A stretch of 64,000 bases of DNA from a virus, in IMG/VR virus record IMGVR_UViG_3300029807_000001, positions 1 to 64,000 of that record; one strand, written 5' to 3'. The position numbers and the translations under genes were made by a program. Under the pieces are notes generated by a model. It had not been told where the DNA came from and ran no database searches. It saw nothing but the letters and a program-made list of their open reading frames with translations. Within the stretch, counting starts at the first letter, position 1. The number at the start of each line of letters is the position of its first letter. This document shows positions 35,334 to 45,507 of the stretch, piece after piece.

Positions 35334-36512
35334 ATGAAGACTAAAGTAAAGATACATGACAAGATGGACCTGCGTATCCTGGAGAAGGCAGCAGGACACA
35401 AGTTAGAATCCCTGTTAGAGACTCTAGGAGTAGAGGGTCTCAGTCGTCGTAGTAGATTCTACGTGGGTAAATGCCCTATACATGGAGATGCAGACAACGG
35501 TACGGCTTTCAACATCTTTCATACTGGTCACGAAACCATTGGTAACTGGAGATGCTTTACTCACTCATGTCACAAGCACTTCCAACCTAATATTATAGGA
35601 TTCGTTAGAGGGTATATATCCAGGAATAAATACGGATGGACAGACCCTAAAGACGTTGATAAAGAATGTAGTTTTGCAGACGCTATATCGTTCTTAATGA
35701 AGTTCGTAGGAGGTCAGGACTTATCGGAGATTAAGATTGACTACCAACAGATAGAACAAGGTAGGTTTGTCAACAGCATGACCAGTACTTACGCTAGAGA
35801 AGAACCAGCGCGTAATCTAAATATCTCTAGACGCACAGTCAGAGACGGACTAAGTATACCAGCGGAGTATTATGTTAGTAGACACTATACTGCCGAGATA
35901 TTAGAAAAGTATGACGTTGGACTATGTACGGAGATGGGTAAGCAGATGTTTATGAGAGCGGTAGTTCCCATTTACGACGATGACCATAAGAACGTTGTAG
36001 GATGTAGTGGTAGAGCAATCTTTGATATGTGTCCTATCTGTAATTCATATCACAATCCAACTCACCAGTGTCCCGACGATAAGAACAAGTGGAAGTTCTG
36101 CAAGTGGAGACACAACTACGGATTTAAGGGAGAGAACTATCTCTATAACTACTGGTATGCCAAGGACTACATCCGTAAATCTAAGGTTGCAATAATCGTA
36201 GAGAGTCCTGGAAATGTCTGGAGACTGGAGGAAGCTGGCATCCACAACTCAATTGCGACGTTCGGAGCGCATTTAACTGACGGTCAGCGATATATTTTGG
36301 ATAAATCTGGCGCTTTAGCACTTATTGTGTTGACAGACCCCGACCACGCGGGTAGATTAGCACTAGAGAACATTCGTGAGTCGTGCGGCTCCATATATTC
36401 CATCCACAGTCCCGTGATTAGCGACTCTGATATCGGAGAAGCCACGGTTACTTTATTACACAACAAATTAGTACCAATAATAAACAAAATAGAAAGTGGA
36501 TTAGCATTATGA
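35334..36512 (+). CDS. dnaG: DNA primase (Zn-binding plus TOPRIM)
   Basis: CPIHGD, WRCFTHSC, VGCSGR, IVESPGN and DPDHAG. Confidence 0.8.
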   Translation: MKTKVKIHDKMDLRILEKAAGHKLESLLETLGVEGLSRRSRFYVGKCPIHGDADNGTAFNIFHTGHETIGNWRCFTHSCHKHFQPNIIGFVRGYISRNKYGWTDPKDVDKECSFADAISFLMKFVGGQDLSEIKIDYQQIEQGRFVNSMTSTYAREEPARNLNISRRTVRDGLSIPAEYYVSRHYTAEILEKYDVGLCTEMGKQMFMRAVVPIYDDDHKNVVGCSGRAIFDMCPICNSYHNPTHQCPDDKNKWKFCKWRHNYGFKGENYLYNYWYAKDYIRKSKVAIIVESPGNVWRLEEAGIHNSIATFGAHLTDGQRYILDKSGALALIVLTDPDHAGRLALENIRESCGSIYSIHSPVISDSDIGEATVTLLHNKLVPIINKIESGLAL

Positions 36513-37399
36513 CAAATATTATAGCCTTTAGCGGTAGAAAGCAAAGTGGTAAGAATACCGTATTCAACTTCCTTCTTGGACTAGAGCTACTTAAACTAGG
36601 AGTAGTTAGAAAAGCCGTAGAGGTTAGACCAGAAGGATTATTCATTAGCGACGTATTGGGTAACGCTGATTACGAAGGTCTCTTCGATATAGATCGTAAC
36701 AACGACACAACACGACAGTTTAATGAAGAATTTATCTATCCGTTCATCAGGAACTATAGCTTCGCGGACTGTCTCAAGACCGACGTATGTATCAATCTTC
36801 TAGGACTAACTCACGATCAATGCTACGGTACGGACGAGCAAAAGAATAGTATCACGCATCTTATGTGGGAAGATATGCCTGGAGTATTACCACAGGCTCC
36901 ACCCAAAATGAAACAGGCTCAGATACCATTCTGGGGCAGAATGGGTAAGTACTATGACACGTATATGGTAGAAGGTAAATATTTCATAGTGCATGAGCCA
37001 GGACCGATGACCGCTAGGGAAGTAATGCAGTATGTTGGTACTGACCTATTCCGCAGGATGTATGACAAGGTATGGTCCGCTGGAACAATCAATCGCATCA
37101 AAGACTACGCTACTAAACTGGCTATTATTACAGACTGTAGATTCGTCAACGAGGTAAAAGCTACTCAGGAAGCTGGAGGCAAAGTCATACGATTCACTCG
37201 TAATGGCGACGATGCAGACGCACATGAAAGCGAGAGAGCATTAGACCGCGATAGATTCGATTGGAACAAGTTTGATGCCGTGGTAGATAATGCGGAAATG
37301 ACCATCTCGGAACAGAACGAAGCAACCTACAAGGTTCTTGAGGGATGGGGATACGTAGATCAGATAGGTAACGCAAGCCTTACGGAGGCAGTGTCTTAA
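36509..37399 (+). CDS. deoxynucleoside monophosphate kinase
   Basis: SGRKQSGKNT, SFADCLK, REVMQYVGTD, ITDCRFVNE and HESE. Confidence 0.85.
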   Translation: MTNIIAFSGRKQSGKNTVFNFLLGLELLKLGVVRKAVEVRPEGLFISDVLGNADYEGLFDIDRNNDTTRQFNEEFIYPFIRNYSFADCLKTDVCINLLGLTHDQCYGTDEQKNSITHLMWEDMPGVLPQAPPKMKQAQIPFWGRMGKYYDTYMVEGKYFIVHEPGPMTAREVMQYVGTDLFRRMYDKVWSAGTINRIKDYATKLAIITDCRFVNEVKATQEAGGKVIRFTRNGDDADAHESERALDRDRFDWNKFDAVVDNAEMTISEQNEATYKVLEGWGYVDQIGNASLTEAVS

Positions 37400-38448
37400 T
37401 GTCAATTATTACATACCTAAGAAGTAGCTCGTATGGTTGTCACGATATGTGTCCCATGAAATACTACCTGGAATACAACCTTGGGCATAAGGGTCCACCA
37501 AACATTAAGGCAGAAAAGGGTACTATCGTTCATAAGGTACTAGAGGTATTAGCCGATGTAAAGCTACATGGACAGAACGGACGTAAGAGATTTGATGACG
37601 AGATCGCTGGTAGAATTAACCTAGCTAACTACGACATAGATAAGATCGTTGACAAGTGCTATGACTACTATTCTTCTCACTCCGTCAATACATGGAAGCC
37701 TCTTGACAGGAAGCATTGTCGAGCATGGACCTACAAGGCTCTTGAGTATAACAAGGGAGAGCACGATCCGCGAAATTCAGATATCGTAAAAGCGGAACAA
37801 GCGTTCGACATAGAGATCACTAAACCGTGGGCTATGTATGATTACGAACTACCCGATGGAGAACGTCTCAAAGGTTTCTTATCCATCAAGGGAACAATAG
37901 ATCAAGTGTCCCGCATAAATAAGAACACCTACCAGATACTAGACTGGAAGACTGGCAAACGTATCAACTGGGCTACTGGAGAAGAAAAGGATTACGCGGC
38001 ACTTACTAAGGATCATCAGTTAATGATGTATTACTATGCTGCCACACACATTTATCCAGAGATAGACAACATACAGTTAGTGATCTACTTCATCAATGAT
38101 GGTGGTCCGTTTACTATATGCTTCTCTAAGGAAGACATTCCTCGTATCGAAGATATGTTACGTCGTAAATTTGAAGCGATTAAGAACACGGCGGCTCCAG
38201 CGTTAAAGAAAACGTGGAAGTGTACTAAGTTCTGTCACTTCGGACGTACTAGTTTCGAGGGAACTTCTGTACTACCAATAATAGAAAAGAGATATGGACA
38301 GCCTAGTAAGATAGGAGAACCTATGACAAAGTGTGAACAAGTTAAGTTCTGTCTAGAGCATAGAAGTTCTGAGTTAGTCATAGAAAATATGTCTGCTCCT
38401 GGTCATCATGTAGACTACTATCAGAAGCCTGGAGACGTAGAGAAATGA
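37399..38448 (+). CDS. PD-(D/E)XK exonuclease, Cas4/RecB-like
   Basis: GTIVH, GTIDQ, ILDWKTG, QLMMY, plus N- and C-terminal Cys residues. Confidence 0.8.
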   Translation: MSIITYLRSSSYGCHDMCPMKYYLEYNLGHKGPPNIKAEKGTIVHKVLEVLADVKLHGQNGRKRFDDEIAGRINLANYDIDKIVDKCYDYYSSHSVNTWKPLDRKHCRAWTYKALEYNKGEHDPRNSDIVKAEQAFDIEITKPWAMYDYELPDGERLKGFLSIKGTIDQVSRINKNTYQILDWKTGKRINWATGEEKDYAALTKDHQLMMYYYAATHIYPEIDNIQLVIYFINDGGPFTICFSKEDIPRIEDMLRRKFEAIKNTAAPALKKTWKCTKFCHFGRTSFEGTSVLPIIEKRYGQPSKIGEPMTKCEQVKFCLEHRSSELVIENMSAPGHHVDYYQKPGDVEK

Positions 38449-39266
38449 GAGTATTGGTAACTGGAGGTACTGGATTCTTAGGTAGGGCATTGATACGGAG
38501 TTTGCCTTGTCCAGATGATTGTATTACGGTCGTCGCTCGTAACGAGGGTAAACTGACTGACTTACAGAATTGTCATCCTTGTATAAACATTGTTTGTGGA
38601 GACATAGCCGATCCCCACATAGCAGAAAAAGCCACTAGAAATATAGATAAGGTGTATCATCTAGCAGCTTTTAAGCATGTAGGATTAGCGGAAAAGGATA
38701 CGTTTCAATGTATCAATACTAATATTATTGGAACCATGAACCTACTAGAGAAAGCTTGGGTCTCCAGCTTCGTATATATCAGTACAGATAAAGCAGCTAG
38801 TGTAACTGGAGTGTACGGAGCGTCTAAATTTATAACAGAACGTCTAGTGCAAGAATATCAGAGAATGAGACCTGCAAATAGATATACTATCGTTCGTTAT
38901 GGAAACGTTTTGTATTCTACTGGGTCAATTCTACCAAAATGGAAAAAGGCTTTGCAAGCAGGAGAAGAGATAGTCATAACTGATCCAGAAGCTACTAGAT
39001 TCTTTTGGACCGTAGACGAAGCTATCAGGACTGTGTTTGATGCTGAAAGAATGTCACAAGATGCAAACGCTTGGTGTCCATATATAAAAAGTATTAGCAT
39101 GGGCAACTTACTTACAGCTATGCAAAACAAGTACGGCGAAGCAACAAGCATTAAGAAGATTGGACTCCAAGCTGGGGAAAATCTTCATGAGAAAATGTTT
39201 ACAGACGGACTAGACAGTAGTGAAGTAGAACAATATACTATAGAAGAAATAATGGAAAAGATATGA
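38445..39266 (+). CDS. UDP-GlcNAc 4,6-dehydratase-like SDR (PseB/CapD family)
   Basis: TGGTGFLG, HLAAFKHV, ISTDKA, YGASK, VRYGNV and GENLHE. Confidence 0.85.
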   Translation: MRVLVTGGTGFLGRALIRSLPCPDDCITVVARNEGKLTDLQNCHPCINIVCGDIADPHIAEKATRNIDKVYHLAAFKHVGLAEKDTFQCINTNIIGTMNLLEKAWVSSFVYISTDKAASVTGVYGASKFITERLVQEYQRMRPANRYTIVRYGNVLYSTGSILPKWKKALQAGEEIVITDPEATRFFWTVDEAIRTVFDAERMSQDANAWCPYIKSISMGNLLTAMQNKYGEATSIKKIGLQAGENLHEKMFTDGLDSSEVEQYTIEEIMEKI

Positions 39267-41170
39267 CGTACTTCCCACTACACGTACACTCGCACTTTAG
39301 TCTACAGGACGGACTTAGTACACCTGAGCAAATATCTACTCGCTGTGAGGAGATAGGAGTAGAAGGTTCTGCAATCACAGACCACGGAACAATGTCTGGA
39401 CATATCCAGTTCCTGTCAGAGATGAAGAAGTCAAAGGAAAAGTCGGCACAAAAAGCGTTGCTAGGATGCGAATTCTACGTATGTAAGGAAGACGCAGAGA
39501 TACAAACCGAGAGAAATAGAAAACTATCCGACCTGTGTATCATAGCACGTAACAAGGACGGATGGAGAGATATGGTCCAGATGATGTCTAGGGCTAATGA
39601 TAAGAATACCTTCTACCATAAGCCACGACTAGACCTCGACAGGATAGCAGAATTTACAACTAGCGGAAATGTAATGGCTTTCAGTGGTCATGTTGGATCT
39701 TGTATGGCCAACATACTATTCGATGAAGAGGGAGAGATCTCTAGTCAGTGGAGGATAGAAGGATGTCGTTTAGCTAGGTGGTTTGAAAACGCCTTTGGTA
39801 AGGACAACTTCTTTCTAGAGGTACAGTTGATAGACTCGGCCACTTTTCCCAGACATAAGATTATTGCAGAGTGTATTAGAGCCATCAGTAAAGACACGGG
39901 AATTCCATGTGTGGCAACACCGAACTCTCACTACGCCAGAAAAGAAGACGCTGTAGATCAACAGATTCTTATCTGCTCTAAGATGAACTCTACCTTGCAA
40001 CAAGCAAGTAAGGCATCGTTTGGAGTTAACGGATTCTTTAGGTGTTCACAGTATCATATACCATCGTTCGTAGAGATGCAAGAGTTTCATACGGCGGAAG
40101 AGTTAGACAATACATTACTGTTTGCATCTAGAGTGGATGACTACAAGGGGATATTAAAGAGTCCTATCCTACCTAACTTTCCATGTCCTGACGGAATGAA
40201 TGCCGACTCATATTTGAGGCACTTATGTAAAGAAGGGTGGCGTAATAAGGTTCAGGGAGTAGTCAATCCTGCGAAGTTTCAGGAGTATGGAGATAGAGTT
40301 AAGAGGGAGTTGGAAGTACTACAGGGAGCTGGACTTTCTAGTTACTTCCTTATTGTAGCAGACATCATTAATTTTATTCGTAGAAACAAATGGCTTGCAG
40401 GCCCAGGTAGAGGGTCTGCTGCTGGTAGTCTAGTATCCTACTTGATGGATATCACAGCTATTGATCCTATGCCTTTTGGACTACTCTTTGAGAGGTTCTA
40501 TAACGCTGGTAGAAATACAGCGGACCACATATCTATGCCTGATGTTGATATGGACGTGCCTAAGTATGCACGAGAGCATGTCCTCAAGTATATGAGAAAA
40601 AAGTACGGAGAAGATCATGTTGGGCAGATGGTAACATTCCAGACGATTAAGGGACGTGGAGCTTTAACAGACGTGCTTCGTGCTCACGGAGGTATATCCT
40701 TTCAAGAGATTAAGATGGTGACTAAGAATATCGTAGAAGAACATAAGATCACAGACGAACTCCAGAAGATGAAACAGGACACAGGAGAATCTTCTATCTT
40801 ACAATGGTGTCTAGAACACACTCCAAAGAAGTTAGACCAGTGGTGTAGTATTGGCGATGACGGTAACCTCATCGGTCCTCTTGCTCAACGCTTTACTCAG
40901 GCAATGAGGCTAGAAGGGACAAAGACCGTACAGTCTAAGCATCCAGCGGGAGTAGTTATAGCACCAGAACCATTGGGCAATATGTGTCCTATGATTTTCG
41001 ATGTTGAAAGCGGTCAGAAAGCTGCGGCGTTTGAGATGGAAGACCTTGAAGCTGTAGGAGGTCTAAAGGTTGACGTACTAAGTATTACGTCACTAGACAA
41101 GGTCATGGGAGTTTGTCAAGGTTTAGAGTTTGGAGACATACATGAAATTTCAGGAACTATCTGTGAGTAG
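39263..41170 (+). CDS. dnaE: DNA polymerase III alpha, N-terminal part (PHP plus palm)
   Basis: LHVHSHFS, AITDHG, GPGRGSAAGSLV, LLFERF, MPDVDMD, KHPAGVVI and GLKVDVL. Confidence 0.9.
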   Translation: MTYFPLHVHSHFSLQDGLSTPEQISTRCEEIGVEGSAITDHGTMSGHIQFLSEMKKSKEKSAQKALLGCEFYVCKEDAEIQTERNRKLSDLCIIARNKDGWRDMVQMMSRANDKNTFYHKPRLDLDRIAEFTTSGNVMAFSGHVGSCMANILFDEEGEISSQWRIEGCRLARWFENAFGKDNFFLEVQLIDSATFPRHKIIAECIRAISKDTGIPCVATPNSHYARKEDAVDQQILICSKMNSTLQQASKASFGVNGFFRCSQYHIPSFVEMQEFHTAEELDNTLLFASRVDDYKGILKSPILPNFPCPDGMNADSYLRHLCKEGWRNKVQGVVNPAKFQEYGDRVKRELEVLQGAGLSSYFLIVADIINFIRRNKWLAGPGRGSAAGSLVSYLMDITAIDPMPFGLLFERFYNAGRNTADHISMPDVDMDVPKYAREHVLKYMRKKYGEDHVGQMVTFQTIKGRGALTDVLRAHGGISFQEIKMVTKNIVEEHKITDELQKMKQDTGESSILQWCLEHTPKKLDQWCSIGDDGNLIGPLAQRFTQAMRLEGTKTVQSKHPAGVVIAPEPLGNMCPMIFDVESGQKAAAFEMEDLEAVGGLKVDVLSITSLDKVMGVCQGLEFGDIHEISGTICE

Positions 41171-41330
41171 TCAGTTTTCAATTGACACGTCTCCACATAT
41201 TGTATTCACTAAGGTGCAGCACGTCAAGGGAACGTGTTGCAGTAAAGAATATAACGCTACATATAAGAACAGCGGTGGAAAGCGTAAGGTCATGCAGTTC
41301 GCAGCTAACAAAGAAGTACATATCATTTAA
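41142..41330 (+). CDS. small hypothetical protein
   Basis: GGAG RBS. Overlaps the end of dnaE-N. Confidence 0.55.
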   Translation: MKFQELSVSSQFSIDTSPHIVFTKVQHVKGTCCSKEYNATYKNSGGKRKVMQFAANKEVHII

Positions 41331-41353
41331 CTAATTTAATTCAGGAGTTTAAT

Positions 41354-41791
41354 ATGAGACTAGCAGGAGTCCAACCAGGACAGAAATTTACCTACGATGG
41401 AGCGACCTATGCACATGATCTAGCAGGAAGATCGGGTGGAGGAAAAGTCGCAGTAGTCAACATAGACACAGGAGAATGTTCTATGCTACACGGACTTACC
41501 GAGGTTGATGTAGTAGTAGAAAGTGAAGTCGTTGTAGATGAAGACTTTAGCGTAACGGACAGGCAAGAGCCAGTTATGGTTACAAGCATCGGGTCGTTCG
41601 GTCCAGAGGAAGTGATGAACATGGAAAACATACCTTTTGAAAAAAGTCCAGCGAATCCTAACTCCTTAATTCTGGATGACACGATAGAAGGAGTGACAGA
41701 AATAACAGACGAAGAAGTACGTAAGGATTTCTTTAACAGAAGATATTCTCAAGCAATGGACCTAAACCCTAAAGAAGAGAAGGAAGAATAG
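41354..41791 (+). CDS. acidic hypothetical protein
   Basis: AGGAG RBS. Confidence 0.6.
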   Translation: MRLAGVQPGQKFTYDGATYAHDLAGRSGGGKVAVVNIDTGECSMLHGLTEVDVVVESEVVVDEDFSVTDRQEPVMVTSIGSFGPEEVMNMENIPFEKSPANPNSLILDDTIEGVTEITDEEVRKDFFNRRYSQAMDLNPKEEKEE

Positions 41792-41793
41792 AC

Positions 41794-42060
41794 ATGAGTA
41801 ACGCAGTGAAACCGAGAGGTGATAGAATCACAGTTCGTAAAGTTAAGGCTACTCCAGTATCTAAGAATGGTATTATATTACCAGAAGGTACGGTAGAAGA
41901 TAATCCAGTTGTAGAAGTAGTCTCTGTAGGAGACGGGCCAGACGTAAAAGATATTAAGCCTGGACAGCTTGTAGTTATCTGCCAACTGTTCGAGAGAGAT
42001 CAGATTGGCGACCTGTACATCGTTGACGAAGAAGACATTCGCGCAATATACGGAGAATAA
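41794..42060 (+). CDS. groES: co-chaperonin GroES
   Basis: KPRGDRITV, GIILP, VVSVGDG and EEDIRAI. Confidence 0.85.
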   Translation: MSNAVKPRGDRITVRKVKATPVSKNGIILPEGTVEDNPVVEVVSVGDGPDVKDIKPGQLVVICQLFERDQIGDLYIVDEEDIRAIYGE

Positions 42061-42062
42061 CA

Positions 42063-42794
42063 TTGAAGAACTATATATGTGTTTACGATTTTGAGACAGA
42101 TAGTCCTAAGCCAGAAACGTGCGAGCCAGTACAGATTGCTGCTCTCATGCTTCACCCTCACACTTTGAATATAGTAGAAGATTCGGAATTCGTATCGTAC
42201 ATGCGTCCAGAGGGGATAGACGATAAGAATTACTTGAAGAAGAACTACGACACAATTAAGTGGCACGCTACAAACTATCATCCAGACTTCTATGAGTTAA
42301 AGAGTGGAGATCAGGATGAAGCTGTAATGGGTATCTTGCAGAAATGGAAAGATGCTCCCAACCAGAAACAGGTGTGGAGTGACTTCTGTACCTATCTGCT
42401 CAAGTACAATAACAATCAGGCTAGACGTAGTAAGTTCTCCGCTCCAATACGTGCGGGTGCAAACATCAGACGCTTTGATAATACTATCGTAGATCGTATG
42501 TGTACGAGGTTTGGTACTGTTACTAAGGATGGGGAGCAGAAGATTTTTCAACCTCGTGACGTAGTAGACATTATGGAACTAGCCTTCTACTGGTTTGAGA
42601 ATCTGCCAGAACCCAAGGCTTACAATATGGGTGCTTTGAGAGAATTCTTTGGAATGTCCGATGAAGGTGCTCATGATGCTCTCGTTGATATCAGAGACGA
42701 AGCAGCAATGATTCAGAAGTTCTTGAGACTACACAGGTCTATAGCGGCCAAGGTTAAATTTCGTGGGGCAATGATTCCCAGGTTGAGTTCATAG
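42063..42794 (+). CDS. DEDDh 3'-5' exonuclease (DnaQ-like proofreader)
   Basis: DFETD, NIRRFD and AHDALVD. Confidence 0.85.
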   Translation: MKNYICVYDFETDSPKPETCEPVQIAALMLHPHTLNIVEDSEFVSYMRPEGIDDKNYLKKNYDTIKWHATNYHPDFYELKSGDQDEAVMGILQKWKDAPNQKQVWSDFCTYLLKYNNNQARRSKFSAPIRAGANIRRFDNTIVDRMCTRFGTVTKDGEQKIFQPRDVVDIMELAFYWFENLPEPKAYNMGALREFFGMSDEGAHDALVDIRDEAAMIQKFLRLHRSIAAKVKFRGAMIPRLSS

Positions 42795-42805
42795 TTGGAG
42801 AAAAG

Positions 42806-44509
42806 ATGGTTGAGATTAAAGACGGATACGCTCATTACGAATGTGGGTGTAAGTTTGAAGTAACGCAAAATGGTCCACCGATTAGACTTAGGGTAGACCC
42901 TCGTATAGAGACCTTACCTAAAGACTGTAGTAGAACGTGGAATCTATTCGCTACTGGTAATACTAAAGGTGTATTTCAGCTTGAGACCAGATTCGGACAG
43001 CAGTATTCAAAGAAGCTGATGCCCGAAAACATAGAGCAGTTAGCTGCGTTGATGGCTATCCTACGACCTGGATGTACGCAAAGTTATCGAGGCAGTAAGA
43101 ACATTGCTGAGCACTACATAGACAGAAAGAATGGCGTAGAAAAGGTAGAGCAGTTTCATGAAGCACTAGCACCTATTCTTGTAGGAACTTTTGGTGAGAT
43201 GATTTACCAGGAACAGGCTATGCAGATAGCTCAACTCATAGCTGGCTTCACCTTACAACAGGCTGACGTACTACGTAAGGCTATTGGTAAAAAGAAAGCC
43301 GACGTTATGGCCGAGGTTAAGATTGAATTTATAGCAGGCTGCAAGTCCGTAGGTATAGTAACTAAGGAAGAAGCGGAAGAAATCTTTGGGTGGATCGAGA
43401 AGTCACAGAGATACTCGTTCAACAAGAGTCATGCAATCTGTTATGCGTTTAATGCATATCAGACAGCATACTTCAAGGCTCACTTTCCCGTAGCTTTCTT
43501 TACTTCTTACTTATGGTATGCTAAAGACAAGTCAAAGAAGTTCGACGAGATTAAATTACTCATAGCCAATACTAACCAGATGGGTATTAAGGTTCTGCCT
43601 CCTGATTTTAATAGCGACAACTCTAGATTTAAGAGAGTGTACGATAAGATCAGCGACAATTATAACGATTACGACGACAGTATCTACTTTGGCTTCGGTG
43701 ACATAAAGAGTGTTGGAGAGAACCGTGTCAAGAAAATGAGTAATGCTATATACATAGCGGAAACATCTCTAGATAAGCATAGAAGTAAGTGGACCTGGAT
43801 AGAGTTTCTAGTACATTTCTCTCAGCAGGTAGACAGTACCATAATGAAAGGTATCATAGAAGCTGGAGCACTGTCTCACTTTAAGATAGCTCGTACTAAG
43901 ATGTTGTTTGATTACGAACAGTACTCAGTACTAACTAAGAAGGAACAGGCATGGATTAAACAGAATCTCACTGCCGATAATATCATAGAACTACTGGAAA
44001 AAGCTGTAGCTCCATATAGTAAAGGAGGTAAGAAGATTAATGGTCCTTGCAATAACTACAAGAGAGTACAGAAACTAAAGGATATAATAGTACTAGCTAA
44101 AGATCCTCCTTATTCAATGGAGGACTCTACAGACTGGATAGCCCGTATAGAGGAAGCTAGATTAGGAGTATCTATCACAGCATCTGTACTGGACTCATGT
44201 AAGGACTTAGATCAGGCTAATTGTACCATACTAGAGTTCAATAAGCAACAGGAGAAGTCTAGTGGAATCTTCATAGCTTGTCAGATAGAGGAGATCAGGA
44301 CGCATATCACTAAGACTAAGCAAGAAGAGATGGCTTTTGTGACCGTCAACGACCAGGAGGACTCCCTAAGCTGTGTGGTTTTCCCGAAAGATTGGCCAGA
44401 GATCAAAGCTTGTGGAGCATGTGTGACAGAAAACACTGTTATTATAAGCGGAGACAGGTCGAAAAATAAAGATAGCTTTATTATTAAGAAAATGTGGCAG
44501 TTAACTTGA
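42806..44509 (+). CDS. dnaE: DNA polymerase III alpha, C-terminal part (fingers/HhH/OB)
   Basis: TKGVFQLE, AILRPG, IYQEQAM, ADVLRKAIGKKK, YSFNKSHA and MAFVTVND. Confidence 0.9.
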   Translation: MVEIKDGYAHYECGCKFEVTQNGPPIRLRVDPRIETLPKDCSRTWNLFATGNTKGVFQLETRFGQQYSKKLMPENIEQLAALMAILRPGCTQSYRGSKNIAEHYIDRKNGVEKVEQFHEALAPILVGTFGEMIYQEQAMQIAQLIAGFTLQQADVLRKAIGKKKADVMAEVKIEFIAGCKSVGIVTKEEAEEIFGWIEKSQRYSFNKSHAICYAFNAYQTAYFKAHFPVAFFTSYLWYAKDKSKKFDEIKLLIANTNQMGIKVLPPDFNSDNSRFKRVYDKISDNYNDYDDSIYFGFGDIKSVGENRVKKMSNAIYIAETSLDKHRSKWTWIEFLVHFSQQVDSTIMKGIIEAGALSHFKIARTKMLFDYEQYSVLTKKEQAWIKQNLTADNIIELLEKAVAPYSKGGKKINGPCNNYKRVQKLKDIIVLAKDPPYSMEDSTDWIARIEEARLGVSITASVLDSCKDLDQANCTILEFNKQQEKSSGIFIACQIEEIRTHITKTKQEEMAFVTVNDQEDSLSCVVFPKDWPEIKACGACVTENTVIISGDRSKNKDSFIIKKMWQLT

Positions 44510-44534
44510 CACTTGTGCTCTAGTCGAGTATACT
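44506..44534 (+). promoter_or_regulatory. sigma70-type promoter upstream of ssb
   Basis: TTGACA-17 nt-TATACT. Confidence 0.7.
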
Positions 44535-44572
44535 TATAGTGTAATTGGTAATTTTAACGAGGAGATGAGAAG

Positions 44573-45010
44573 ATGAACATTGTAGTCCTAAAAGGCAACT
44601 TAACTAAAGACCCAGAAGTCAAGACCATTAATGCTAATGGCAAGACAACTAGCGTAGCTCAGTTTAGCATCGCGGTTAACAGACACTACAAGAAGGCTGA
44701 TGGCTCTAAAGAGCAAAGCGTCACCTATGTAGACTGTGAAGCATGGGACACTGGAGCAGAGACTCTTGGTAAGTACGCCAAAAAGGGAGACCCGTTACTT
44801 ATTAACGGAGCACTCAAACTAGACCAATGGGAAACAGACGGACAAAAAAGGTCCAAGCTGAAAGTCCGCGTAACAAACTTTGAGATGTTACGAACCCGTA
44901 AGGACAGGGAAGCACTAGCCAGTGCTGGTGGAGCAGAATCTAATGACGCTCCTACCGAGCAACCAGTAGCTCCAGATGGTCAGCCAGTGGACGACGACAT
45001 TCCTTTCTAA
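44573..45010 (+). CDS. ssb: single-stranded DNA-binding protein
   Basis: GNLTKDPE, FSIAVNR and C-terminal DDDIPF. Confidence 0.95.
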   Translation: MNIVVLKGNLTKDPEVKTINANGKTTSVAQFSIAVNRHYKKADGSKEQSVTYVDCEAWDTGAETLGKYAKKGDPLLINGALKLDQWETDGQKRSKLKVRVTNFEMLRTRKDREALASAGGAESNDAPTEQPVAPDGQPVDDDIPF

Positions 45011-45507
45011 TGGTGGTGTCTAATATTAATCAAGATCAACTAGCCTCATTACTCGAAGAGAACATGGGGCTAGTTGTTTTTCTAGCTAAGTCTTTCAACC
45101 CCACTAGCCACTACGACCTAGAAGAATTTATACAGATAGGTCGTATAGCAGCATGGAAGGCTATTCTCAAGCACGACCCCGAAAGAGCCGCGCTGAGTAC
45201 TCTGATATGGCATCATGTAAGATGGGCCATACTAAGAGACCTAGACAGACGTAAGAAACAACACGTACAGTTAGATGACACCATTCCTATCGAAGATAAA
45301 TCAGTAAGTTCTATAGTGTGGGAGTATGTACCAGACTATCTAACTAACAACGAACAAACAGTATTAGACATGCGTATGCAGGGTCATACGTTTGTAGATA
45401 TATGTTCTACGCTGGGGTTCTCCAGAGGGTGGTCAAACAACGTATTCAAATCTGCGATAAAAAAGATCAATGAAGCAAACGAGAAAAAAACGAATCTTAA
45501 TGTGTAA
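45010..45507 (+). CDS. sigma70-family sigma factor
   Basis: ENMGLV..LA, EEFIQIGRIAAWKAI..HDP and a region 4 HTH. Confidence 0.8.
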   Translation: MVVSNINQDQLASLLEENMGLVVFLAKSFNPTSHYDLEEFIQIGRIAAWKAILKHDPERAALSTLIWHHVRWAILRDLDRRKKQHVQLDDTIPIEDKSVSSIVWEYVPDYLTNNEQTVLDMRMQGHTFVDICSTLGFSRGWSNNVFKSAIKKINEANEKKTNLNV

